64,000 nucleotides of DNA from Cladosporium halotolerans. Lineage: Eukaryota. The notes under the pieces were generated by a model. The model did not search any database and was not told the origin of the DNA. It saw only the letters and a list, made by a program, of their open reading frames with translations. The DNA lies in contig NW_027191469.1 of NCBI RefSeq assembly GCF_011745625.1, forward strand, positions 434,001 through 498,000. Direction: 5' to 3'. Made by a program: the position numbers and the translations under genes. This document shows positions 46,281 through 59,011 of the stretch, piece by piece (the first letter of the stretch is position 1; each line of letters starts with the position of its first letter).

Positions 46281-49171
46281 TCACTGCTGGGAGATCAATT
46301 CGATTCCGCCGCCAATGCGGTGAAGAGTGTTGTCGCCTTCTTTGCAGCAGTCGCAGAGACCAGCCACCGGGACGAGAGTGGGAAGACAATCGTACTTTCC
46401 CTTCCAAGCGTAATCGGGACAAGGCACCTTGGCAAACCCCATCCTCTCAGCATGCTCGCGCATCAGCTTCGGAGCCTTCGGCGGGACGGGTGATCCGGAA
46501 GTATGGGTGCGCGGGAAGCTTGCCGCCTGCATATGGAAGGTCTTGGTCTTCGTGCGATGGTTGCGGTACAAGACAGGGCTGTTGGGATCGTGCTCGGCGT
46601 CTGGGCCGTGGCCCTTGAAGCCGATCTCTAGGCCGTCTCTACCGGTCCAGAGGTATGCGCGGCGGCCTTTGCCAGTGATGGTCCAGCGTGCTGCGCCGCG
46701 CTCATGGGTCTTCATGGATCCTGGCGGAGAAGTATCTTCCGACGTGGGAGACAAAACAGGAGTCTCATCGGTCCTGCCCGCGTACACGGGTTCCCCTGCG
46801 GCGCTCTGGAATCTGGTGGCGTTCACTTGCCCGGTGTAAGGATCATATTCCTCTGGCCCCATGTAGGTCCAGCCTTTGTACACGACATGGTTATCGTCGT
46901 CAATTCCAGCGTGCGTATCGTGCCAGGCAGCGTCGCTGGGAAGGTCCTGGCCAAAGCTTGGTAGGTACCACATCAATCCGTCATGGGATACGGGTCCATG
47001 CGCCCCGCGGCCAGACATCGGCACCACGGTAGGCAAAAAGAGAGGCACAAAGTCTGTGGCCGTTGCACGCAGGGAGCTCGAACTGTACTCGGTCCTTGAC
47101 GCTGCAGTTTCCATGGCTGGAGCAGCCTCAATCGGTCCGCTGCTGAAGATGATGGCTGGGTCTTGCTCTGTGAGGACACTGCCACTTGGCTTGCGGCCCT
47201 GGTAGACGATCGCGGGATCTTGATGCTTTGGGCGAGCATTGTCGGATGGCTTTCGGCGCTCATACAGTATCGCCGGGTCCGAAGCTTGCAAAATTAGCGG
47301 GGACCTGATGACTGGCGAAGTAGGATTGCTTTGCTGTCTTGCGGACAAGGCTCTCCCGATCTCTGCAGAGCTTTGGCCACGTAGGCCAGTGATCAATCGC
47401 AACAATGGCTGATTGTCTCGATCTTGGGTCCTGGACTGTCTTCCTGAGCGAAGCCTTTCGTCGTTCATCTGAGTGGGCCCTAGCAATGGCGAAACAGCTT
47501 GGGAACCAGGTTCACTCCCTCTGTTCAAACGAGCGAAGACTGGCCTCAAGATATCGCTGCGGCTGCCTCTGCGAGATGGCGAAGAAGCCGAATCCGGTGT
47601 CGACGTACGTCTAAGCAAGTCTTCTTTCTCGAGCTTCGCTTTGATGGGGTTTAGTAAGTCCTGGCTCGGCGCACTCGGAGCTATGGTAGTGTTGGCCACC
47701 TCAGGGAGAGGCAACGGCAGCTTCATCGGAGAGCTGGCGGTCGGGCTCTGTGGTCTGGACATCCTGTTCTTAGAGTTTTGCTCTCCCCTGGACGACGCGT
47801 TGGAGCTGAGATTCGACTTCGGCGAGAGGAAGACATCATCGCTGCTTGACCTTGTGCCTGAGCTTTTGGAGCTGGGATGCGACTTGGCCGAGAGGAATGT
47901 ATCATCGCTGCTTGACTTGCCGCTTGACTTGGTGCCTGAGTGAAGTGGCGAGTTCAATGAGCGTCGGATCATCTTTGATGACGATGCCAATGCCGTGTTG
48001 ATGGTGAGGTCGCGTGCTTTGATGCGAGGCGGGCTGCGGCTTGAAGAGCCTTCACCAAGCGTGGCGACGTTGCGATGCTGGACGGCCTTGGTCGGTGACA
48101 TGTACGAGCTTGTCTTCTTGCGCAGCGGCGTGCCAGGCTGATGGCTCTGGGCTGCTGATGCTGGTACGATGTCCTCAGGAATCTCTTGTCGCCTCCTCTT
48201 CTCCACGGCTTTTTCGGCGGAGCTGATCTGCTCCGGGCTCGACATCCAGCCTTCTGGCAATGAAGTACGCTTCTGTTGGCGTTGCGCGGCACGCTTATCT
48301 GTCTCGAAGCTCGGCGCTTTCGCTTTGGTCGACTTGCCGGGTGAGGTCTCAGGGCTGGGCTTGACTGGTGGCGACTCTCTGCGAAGGGTTTCGTCGGCAC
48401 GGCGTGCTGCGGCTTGAGTTGGCTGCGCGAAGTGAGGACTCGGCTTGTCTGATTTGCCACCTGACCCTGGCAACATTGCCGCTGGCGACGAGCCTGCTCC
48501 TGGCAGGTGCTCGGCAGCGTCGTAAAGCTTGCTCAGCGAATCACTCTGGAGCATGCCTGGCGTTGCGGTGCCTGCGGACGAAACGGGTGTGGGTATCTTG
48601 CTCGCTGCAGCGCGACTGTGGCCTCGGTGGCGCCTGATTGCTTCTGCCGGCACGTCTTGCATAATGACTTCCCCGCCTTGCTGCTGACCCTGGTGCGCGG
48701 CCCTCATGTGCTGGACCTCTGCCTTGATGGTGTCAATTTCCGCTTCGATAGTATCGAAGTCGTCAGGCCTTAGCGGCTGCTCAGTGTCGCTGGTCGCGCT
48801 TGTCGAGCCCAATGAAGTCATGCGGCGGCCGTCTGTGCCAACGTGCTGGTCCTGCGTGCTACGGCTGGACTCGATGAGGTGCCGCAGTACGGCCTCGCTG
48901 TGCGGAAAAGTCAGCGACGAGAGCGAGTGAAACCTGATGAAGGGTCCGCTTACCTATCCCGGAGAGTGCCGCTCTCGTCGGTGCCGCGGATGCCTTCCTC
49001 GCGGCGACGGACGGGCGGCCTGCTCTGCTGCGGCGCGGTGGTGGCGGTCTGCGCGAACTGTCAGTCGGTGCTCGAGATGGATGTCCGACCGCGTACAAAT
49101 GGACTCACCGTTGTGCTGCCGGTCATCCATTGGCGGAAACCGCCGAATGGAGAGAGCGGCGAGCCGGTCAT
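46281..49171 (-). CDS. Large Ser/Pro-rich hypothetical protein. Introns 49049-49108 and 48898-48953; true start uncertain (possible extra exon 49307-49421)
   Basis: An 846-aa ORF extended upstream in frame by two canonical introns (GTGAGT/GTAAGC, CTGAC, CAG). It carries an LRATATDFVP PAM2-like motif. Confidence 0.7.
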
Positions 49172-50317
49172 CTCTTTGCTGTCGTCGAAGAGGGCTGGGA
49201 GCGACGACGATCTCCCTGATAAAATGTTAGTGAATCACTACCGCGCGGAAGATAACTGCACGCTTCGTAAACAGAAGAGTGAGGGCAGAGAAGAGGAAGC
49301 ACTTACGCAGGGCTGGCGAGGAGGCCGGCGCCACTGCCGGTCCTGCCTTCTCGCAGTACTCTGCCGGCACCGCAGAGGTGTGCCGGCAGGCGCTGTGGTA
49401 GGCGTAGGAGTACCGGCACATGGTACCGGCTTCCTCGCTGTCGTGTTGGGTGGAGAGAGAGGAAAGGGCAGTCAACAGTGAGCGGAAGTCACTCTTAAGC
49501 GGGCCTGCGCCAAGCCATATTCCGCATCGGGAAGGAGTCAGTGAAGGTGCTTCTGGTATGCGAGAGGCAGTGCTGCTGCCAGAGGTTCTATGATGAGGAT
49601 CTTTCTCTATCGTCACGGAGTAGTTCTCCATCCTTACGCGCTACGTGATGGGCAACAGTAGAGGCCCAGAGTTGGGCTCTCCCAAACACACTGTTGTTTG
49701 GTGAGCCGCCCGCGGCCTCGAGGCGGCGACAATACGAGGGGAATGCCCCGACGCGCCTGGACTATCTGTGGAGGCCTTTGTGAGGCTTTTCAAAGCCAGG
49801 AGGCTATCGTCGTCAGGATGCGCCGCTCGGTTTCTGATGGTCGACGGAGGCCGCCTCCTCCTCCGCCAACCCCTGAGCGCCTCAACGCCTACCGCGCTGA
49901 TCGTGTGGCATCGAGTCGCGAGAACCTTCATCAGGATGAGCCTCTACTGTTCGAGAAGGGCAAGCGAGGGGTCATACAGGTCTCCTCACCGGGTCCCTAC
50001 GCCTCCCACGACACGCCCGCGGCGCACCGAGTCACCTCGCCCTCCTCCTCCCCGCGTGCCTCGCCGCCTACCTCGCACCGCAACCGCAACCTCACGGGCA
50101 CCAACAACATGATGAGCTCTCTGAGCACGACCAGGGCAATCTCAGCATCCTCCAAGCCTCCTCGAACAATGCCTACAGCTCCCTCAACACGCCCGCGGCG
50201 CCGCAAAACCGACCGGCCGCACGACACCCCTCACAAGCAAACAACACCAACAACGCCGCCACCTCACAGCCCACACCATCACGAAATCATCACAAGAGAA
50301 CAAGACAAAGCTATCTG

Positions 50318-50640
50318 AAATGTACCACCCGTATCTGTACCGCGACCGATGAACCTCGACGATCACAACTTTTGGGGATGGCAACCTCAAGGCCAACGGC
50401 GAGCGACATCCCGAAGCACGAGGCCGCAGAACACCGCGTCGCCGGGGACCCATCACCGGAATTGCTGTTGGCCGCGTACCGCAGAACCAGACCTCGCAAA
50501 CAGCCAGCGAACGCGGTTCGTTGCCGACCCGGCGACACGCTGGTGGTGCCTGCGAGGCTGATCCCACGGAACCTTTACTCGCATGTCCCATGAGCCCTGG
50601 CGCCGGCCGTAACCGGCGAGGGCGGAACGCGAGGCCATTT
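50318..50640 (-). ncRNA. Candidate box H/ACA guide RNA (scaRNA-like) for U2 snRNA pseudouridylation
   Basis: TATATAAA at 50699-50692, closed 5' stem domain, H box ACAGCA (50468-50463), 3' hairpin with pocket AAAAG/CAGAUAC, and ACA (50323-50321) 14 nt from the pocket. Confidence 0.65.
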
Positions 50641-51302
50641 TGCGGCCGTGGTGTCAGGAGGGAGGAGAGGGTGGGCTTAGGCGACGCCTCGTTTATATAG
50701 GCGGGCGATGCGGGAGTTCCCGCGCTTGGGCTGCCTGAGGGTGGGATTTGGGCAGGGCGCTCGCGGCGTTTCATCAGCCGGCTGAGTGAGTGATTGAGAG
50801 TAAGTGGATGAACCTTGGGCGGCATGTCATCACAGGCAGTGCAGTAATCAGGAGATTGGGCTTCACCAATGCACAGAGGTATTTCAATGGGACATTTTCT
50901 TGGGGACAACGAGGTTCGGAGTCGGTAGGTATTCTTTTGTGTGGATTTGGCAGAGCTACGAGAAGATCGAACAATCGAAGTCGAGCCCCGGCGGCGCTGA
51001 GCACGCAGCCCGTAGTCATGTCCCGTCGCATCAAAACATCAGCGCCAGTCGTCTCGAAAACTCCTGGAGGCATTGATCGTCAGCCTCGAATTCGTGATCA
51101 TTCCGAATATGCGCAAAACCCCAATGGCATTGGCCTGTCCCGTCATCCTCCACACGCAACCTCCACCACCAGAGAGGGACCAGGCCATTCCAAAAACGCA
51201 GACAGCACAATTCCACATACCTCTCGCACCCCTCTCCATCTCCATCCATACCCTCCCGTTTCCTCGAACAATCTATCCCACAAAGAGCACTTTCCCAAAA
51301 AT

Positions 51303-51782
51303 CTAGTTTCCGCTCGCGTTCCAGACGTTCTTGAGGTAGCCGTCGCGCTGGGTCAGGCGGTTCATGCAGTCGTCGCTCTCGCCCATGGCGCGCACGAAGC
51401 CGCACAGCGCGTACACCTGGTTCTCGCCCGTGTAGCGGCCGTTCTCGTCGACCTTGGCGATGCTGATCTGCACGCTGCCGTGGTCCTTGGCCTTGATGAT
51501 GCGGTTGGTCGCGCTGCACTTGCGGGGGACGTACCTGTCGGCGGGAGAGGTTGGAGGTTAGCTGGGTTTGTTCTTTCGTGGTTCTTTGGGCGAATGGGCG
51601 TGGGTATTTTGGCCGGGACACTGGCGAGGCTCTTTCTCTCGAAGCGCAGACGTGCAGCGCTCGTCCTTCAATTCCTTCTCAAGAGCCTCCGCCAGGTCTG
51701 CCACGGCCGTGTGTGCGTCCCTCGGGGCTGGGATCGGGGCATGCGCTTACAGGTCGACAAGCTCGCCGCGCTCGTTCTCCAT
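51303..51782 (-). CDS. RPS21: 40S ribosomal protein S21 (eS21, 87 aa). Intron 51535-51750
   Basis: [36 protein letters not shown]...[11 protein letters not shown]. Confidence 0.96.
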
Positions 51783-52658
51783 TTTGACGGTAGTTTTGGG
51801 GGGGTTGGTGAAGAAGGTGGGTTTGGTGGGTTTGGCTTGCTCGAGGAGTGCTGATTTGTCTGTCCGTGCCGGGTTCGATCGAGGTGGTCGGCGTCGCGCA
51901 CTTCTTTTCGAACGCTCGGTGGGCTTTGCGGCGCGGAATTGGGGCCGCGCCAAGCCAAGCCTGGGAATGCGGGATTCGAGGTCACGTGCGCGGCTGACTT
52001 GAGGCCGCCAAACGTCGAGTGTTACAAGTACAATGCGTCCTAAGCACTGGATGATTGGGGCACGTCATTGATCGATATCGACGTGCGGCTTTCGAAAAGC
52101 ATTGTCGTAAACGTTTGACCGTGATATTTGAAATTCATCGAAGGCTGGACACGAAGCGTGAAGCCCAGGAAAGCTGTCACGTGCGCTGGCTCCGAGAGCT
52201 CAATGTGAGCATCGTGCTGCCACGCTGTGCACCTTGAAATGTATGCTGGGTGCTCTGGATGTCAAATGAGCCCAGAGCCTGCTCCGAATACAACTCGACT
52301 GCAGGAAATGTGCGTTTCGACATCGGCCTTGATCCCTACGAACGAGTTTTCTGCGACCATGCTGCTGAACCTCAAAAGATCCTCCTGATGGCGGACATGG
52401 ATGAATTAAATCGAAGGTGAAATTTTTGAGCATTATCTGGCCTGCCTGCGAAGACTGAAATCCGCGATATGCACACATGATACGAAAAAAAAAAAAGGCT
52501 TAGAAAGAAGTGACGGTCAGGCCCGGCTGAGACAAAAACACTGCCTCACATTGAAAAAAAATCCCCACTCCCAAAACTCCAGCGCATAATGGTTCCCCAA
52601 AGATCTCATCATTGAACCCTCCCCCCACGTCTCCTCCACATTAAACTCTTATCCGATC

Positions 52659-54118
52659 TCAAAGCATCAGCGCCGCGATGAAGAAGCCCAAGAGCGCCAC
52701 CGCGCTGCCGGCGACGACGTGGTTCGCCTGGCTGGTGCCCGCCGAGCCGCCGGAGGAGGAGGAGGAGCCGCTGTCGGAGCCCGTGCCCTGCTCGAAGGTC
52801 GTGGGCCCGTTGCCGCCCTGCACGCCGGTGTTGTCGTTGGCGCTGCCGCTCGTGTCGCCGCTGTTGCCGGCGCTGCCGCTGTCGCCGGAGGACGACGAGC
52901 CGCCGCTGTTGCCGGCGTTGCCGCCGCCGGACATGCCGGGGACGGACTGCGGGGTCGCGGTGGAGGTGCTGGTCGAGGAGCTGGTCGAGGAGCTCTTGGA
53001 GTCGCTGCTGGGCTGCGGCTTGCCCTTGTCTGGGTCGTCGCCTGTCGCCTGCATGGAGCCGATGACGGTGCTGTTGTCGCCGATCACGACGGTGTCTTCG
53101 GTGCCGGTGGTGGAGGAGTAGTAGTAGCTGTTGCCGTTCTTGTCGCCGTGCGGCGGGTCGTAGCATTCGACGGAGATGTCCTTGACGGACGCGTAGTAGT
53201 ACCCGTTCTGCATGTACTCGCTGTCCCAGTCGACGAGGCCGCCGGCCCACTCGATCGTGCCCTCGCCGTTGCTGGGCAGGCCGCCGGGCCAGAGGGAAAG
53301 CTGCACGCGCGAGGGGGTCTGGGGGTAGTTGTGCTGCTTGGTGGTGTCGTTGTAGGTGTCGTCGCGGTTGAGGGTGCGCACGGTGTTGCCGTCGATCTTC
53401 CACTGGATGGACTCGGGCTTCCAGTCGATCTCGTACTCGTGCCAGTTCTGGCGGGTGTCGGAGTCGACGTCGATGTCGTCGCCGTTGTTGTCTGTGCGTG
53501 TATGTTAGTACGAATCTCTCCACTTGGAAGATGTCGCAATCACTTACAGTTGGTGATGCCCTGGAAGTAGTAGTTCGTCTCCGCGGTCTTCATGTTCGTG
53601 CCGACGAACTCGAAATCGATCTCATCCTTCATGTCACTCATGAGAATGAACGCAGTGACAACACCAGCACCCTGACTCGTCTTGAGCGACGCCTTGATCT
53701 TGCCGTACCAGACGTAGTGCGCGCTCATGAGCAGCGTGCCGACGGTGTTGGGCGCCATCGTCAAAAGCACACTATCCTGGTACGTCACCGGCTGCCCCGA
53801 GCTGACCCAGTTGGTCTCGCTGCCGTTGCCCAGATACCTCGACTGCGACCTCACGCCCGGCGAGTCGAGCGAGTCCATGCTGAAGTCCTGGCTCTTGCAG
53901 ATGGGCGCCGGCAGGCACGACTGGAGGTCGAAGGAGTGCTTGGGGTCGCAGCCGCCCAGGCAGTACGCGCCGACACCGCACTGACCGTACTGGGAGCAGC
54001 AGGGCGCATCTTCGGGACACTGGCTGCCGTCGCCGCACTTGGGAATCGAGTCTTGGGCGAGGCCGAACGGGGCGAACGCGGCGACCAGCGCGGCCGCGTA
54101 GGTGAGGGTGTTCTTCAT
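52659..54118 (-). CDS. UTR2: GH16 chitin transglycosylase with CBM18 and GPI signal (Utr2/Crh2-like). Intron 53492-53547
   Basis: Signal peptide, Cys-rich CCSQYGQCG module, catalytic DEIDFE, YPQTPSRVQLSLW, Ser/Gly-rich tail and hydrophobic C-terminus. Confidence 0.9.
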
Positions 54119-55282
54119 GGTGTAGACGGACCGGCGGAGGTGGATCGGTCGCGTTCAGCGAGTGTGGTCCCGTAAGGCGCGTCGAACGCCAGAAGCTGGC
54201 TCGACGGTGGCGGGCGATAAATCAGGTGCTCCGAAGAGCTTCGGGTGTGTTGACGCGGCCTGGAAGATGAAACACGCCGGTTCGGAGGCGTGGAATTCGA
54301 GGGATGCGTTGGTGGTCGCGGTTGGATATGCGCAAAAACGACAGTGAGGCGTGTTCGCAAGGAAAGGAAAAGATAGCAATGCTGGGCGGCAAACGATTGG
54401 GGAAGCGCGGCGAGGGCAGGTGGTGAGGGCAGTGCTGCGCATCGAAGTCCTGAAGAGCCTCCCGCAAGACAGGGGCGGCGAGGCTCTCGGCTGCCGCGGC
54501 TGTCCTCGCGCTAGGCACCTGGCACGTCCCCGCCAGCCAATGGCCGCCGGGCGTCGGAGGTATTTCTGGAACATTTGACTCCGTCCCTGCTCGTGTCTGG
54601 CACCGGCATCCCGTCTTTCCGCGCCTGTCTTACCTGTCTGGCTGCTACCTTAGTACCTATGTCATACGCAGGCCTGCAGTTTTTGGTTTCACAGAGCTCC
54701 GAAGGCCTGTTCGATTCTTCACGGTCGTACAAGGAGACATATACCCTCCCTCACGCGGTGAACTGCAATTGCCTCGCGGCGCGAGGATGGCTGGCTGGTG
54801 CACACAGTTGACGTCGCAACCAACCCAGCCGTGTGGAGGCATTGCTTCTTGGCTATTGGTCTTTACGAAAAGTATAACTTTGGGCTTCGCGCAAGGACCG
54901 CGCCAGCCGCCACCCGCTAATCACAGGTCATGTGATGCGCATTGCCACCGACTTGAGACAAGTGTGTTCAGAAACACGCATCGTGGAATGTACAGAGATG
55001 TCTCGAACGGAACGCATCGTTGTATGCCACACGGAAAGCACGCTGGTCGTCGTGAAGGCTGATGAAGCTGTTGGGCTTGACCTCGAAGCTCGCAAGCGTG
55101 TGCTGCCTTTGAAAGCATGACGAGATCAGGTCGGCTTCTCTCTGTTGGACATGCAGCTGGAGACGGTAACCAGTAATGTGCGATATCTCATGATTGCAGC
55201 CGTGTATGTCTATAAATTCCACGAGTGCTTGTAGGTCACGTGAGCTGTAAATGAGGGCACATCCCTCAACACCGCTGCAAGA

Positions 55283-56004
55283 TCACGCACTCGTCAACAA
55301 AGGCGAAAGCAGATACCCCACCGGCAACCCAGCAGCAACAGCATTGAGCACCGCCCAATGCATCGGCGTCCGCGGCATCATCCTACAACACCAGTTCGTC
55401 AGCAACAACAGATCCCAACCTAATCCACACCAACCAAAAAGAGAAAAAAAAGAGATAAGTCAACTCACGCCGCAGCAACCCCAAACAACACCCCCGTAAA
55501 CCCCACCGCCCGCCCCTCACACCTCCTCCCCCTCAACACGCCCAGCGACGCCAGCGCCAGCGCCCCGAAACCCGGCACCTGCCACTCCAGCCCCGGGTAC
55601 CAGCCCGGCTGCTCCGGCCACTTGAGCACCATGCTGAGGAAGGCGCCGAGCGTGAAGACGGCCATCTGCGCGACGGCCAGCTCGGCGCCCAGCACGAGCG
55701 GCGCGTCGGAGCGCGACAGCGCCGTCCAGCCGGAGTAGAGCTGCGTCGCGGACAGCAGCGTCATGGAGAAGATGAGGGCGATGGGCGTGGAGAGGCGGGA
55801 GAGCGTGCTGGGAGTTTGTTTGTTAGTACTTTGGGGTTTCGTGTGGAAGGCTGAGAGATTGTTTTTTTTTTCTTTTTGGGGGTCTTACACGGCGCAGGCG
55901 AGGACTTGACAGAGGGTCTTTGCGATGTCGGTTGAGACGATGCGGTAGGCTTTGAGAGCGATGCAGGTTGTGAGGCCTGCGAGGAGGGAGGGGGCGTGGA
56001 ACAT
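55283..56004 (-). CDS. Hypothetical multi-pass membrane protein (~184 aa). Introns 55808-55888 and 55383-55468
   Basis: Three exons join in frame through canonical introns (GTAAGA/CTAAC/CAG and GTGAGT/CTGAC/TAG); hydrophobic product; only partly present in the ORF track. Confidence 0.7.
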
Positions 56005-56738
56005 CGTGGGTGGATGGATGTCGAGGTGCTCGTTGGGAGAGAGAGAAAGAGAGAGAGAGACCTTCTCGGAAATCGAATATCAGGCCTAGATTTGTATATC
56101 TGTATCGACTACTAATGTGCAAATCGACGTAGAGAACAGTGGTCTCTTTCGTGAAGCTGGCCAAGCCAGCCCAGTGTGAACTACGCTGGCTAGGATTCGC
56201 CAATGGAGCTACTAGAGGTACGTCCTTGGCAAGGTTCAGAGATTCCACGGGCACGCGACTGGGAGTGACTGGCTATCGGAATCATTTGTTGTATGCTTTT
56301 CTTTCATCGTATGCTTTTTTGCAAGATGTGACGAGTCGCTTGTTCTTTGCGCCTCGCCTGAGGGCGTGCGATGCACGTGATCACGGGCATCCGAGGTGGA
56401 CGAATAATAATCCCGACCACGTCGTCCACAAGCCGACGGTATAAGGCAGCCCACCGGCACAGTCGAGCCGTGAAGATCACAGGTGTTATGTATATCGCTC
56501 AGGACATCGGCTACGTGTTCTTCTTCGGCTTTCGATCAATGCCTATAATGCCACCGCGGCCCCAGAGTCTAGACGCGCGAGCCACCCCAACTCCCCATGC
56601 GCGAATAGCGCCACATCATGCTGTAGAGGAGACAGCACAGCAACGAGCTGCATCCCGCCCCCCGGCCTACCACGAACTCTGTCGACGGTGCCGGCGGGAC
56701 CAGACTGCATGCAGCACGCAGCAGAGCACCGCAGGCGG

Positions 56739-56781
56739 AAATGCAAATGCGAATGCAAATGCAAATGCAAATGCAAATGCA
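56739..56781. repeat. (AATGCA)n hexanucleotide microsatellite, about 7 copies
   Basis: aaatgcaaatgcgaatgcaaatgcaaatgcaaatgcaaatgca. Confidence 0.9.
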
Positions 56782-57223
56782 GTCAGCAGCTGGGCTTTTC
56801 CACCGGCATCTCGACAGATCGCGCGGGCAGGCGTGGCAGGCTGGTAGGCGGGCCTCAACGTCAGATCCACAGCGACGTGCGGTGGAGATGCGATTGTAGC
56901 ACTTTTGCACGATGACAGCCGGCTTCATCATGTTGATGGAGGACTCGCTGGGCCGAGAGCGCCGTCGCCACGCTACTTGCTGCTGCCACCGAGCAACGGC
57001 CGGCGGCGCGAAGCCTCGTGTGCCTGTTGTGCCTCTCGCGGGCGCCAGCCTGGCTGGAACCCCGCGGCATCAATGACGTTGCGCCCCATCGTGCGGCGGA
57101 TCGTGCGCGCGTGGGCAGCTGAAGCTGGCGGTGCTGCCATCTTCGTGTTTGGGCGATGGAGGGGCAGCCCGCAGCGCCTGCGAGGGCAAGGTACCTTACC
57201 GGAGCCATTGGCGAGAGGCGCCC

Positions 57224-57249
57224 GCGACCTGCGACCTGCGACCTGCGAC
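57224..57249. repeat. (GCGACCT)n heptamer tandem repeat, 3.7 copies
   Basis: gcgacctgcgacctgcgacctgcgac. Confidence 0.85.
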
Positions 57250-57680
57250 ATGCAATGCTGTCCCGCACGCTGCCGATCACAGCGCGCCGCTCTGCTTTTT
57301 TCTCACGCCCGGTGCTGACCTGATCCTTGCGTGTGCGACGGTTGAGGGCGCGGCGCCCGCAGAGCAATACCTTAGCCTTCACCTCAATTGCAACCCGTCA
57401 CATAATAACGCATCGGTCATCCGGGCCCTGCCTGCCCAGCAACCAGTGATCGCGATCAGTAAGCCCGGGCGTGGGCGTGGCCATCGTGGTGGGGCTCAAT
57501 GATGTCTGGTGATGGGATGCTTTCGCCCTGCCCGCCGCCCGCCGTGCGCTGGGACGAGGGGCACAGCTCGCCCTCGATGACCTCGATGCTCCATCAGCCG
57601 CCTGCATTCATAAACCTTTCCGTCCCCGCCCTTCCCTCTCCTCTCTCTTCTCTTCACATATACCACTCCCCGTCAACTAA

Positions 57681-58607
<927 letters not shown>

Positions 58608-59011
58608 ATCAATTCGCCTCTTGATGAGCGTGTGATGGGAATGGTTATGACCCAACAGCTGTGATGAATATACCCCGGCTGAAAGTAAAAAAAGAAAAAT
58701 AAAAAGAGTTTGTGGAATATGGGTGTTACGAGAGGTTTTTTTCTTTCTCGGAAACTACATAGCTCCATTTGAATGAAGCCAAGTGTTACGACATTCACAA
58801 AATCATCGTCTTTTACTTCCTACTCAGTCCCCCATCACGTGAACCTTCTGCACAATTATGCATTGACCTCGACAGCGCCATCCCACCCTCCAATCTCCCT
58901 CCGCCCAACGTACACATCTCCGTACTTTTCCCAGCCACACCCATCACGTGCCCTCCCGCCTACACCTCACCTCACCTCCCACCCACACCCAGCCCCAAAG
59001 ACCTCCCCACC

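Noticed and set aside
50453..50638. 61-aa ORF with a CAAAATGG context after the TATA box, plus overlapping ORFs 50184-50909 and 49698-50318
   Set aside because: The products are not protein-like, and the region is better explained by the H/ACA RNA fold; a small peptide is not fully excluded.
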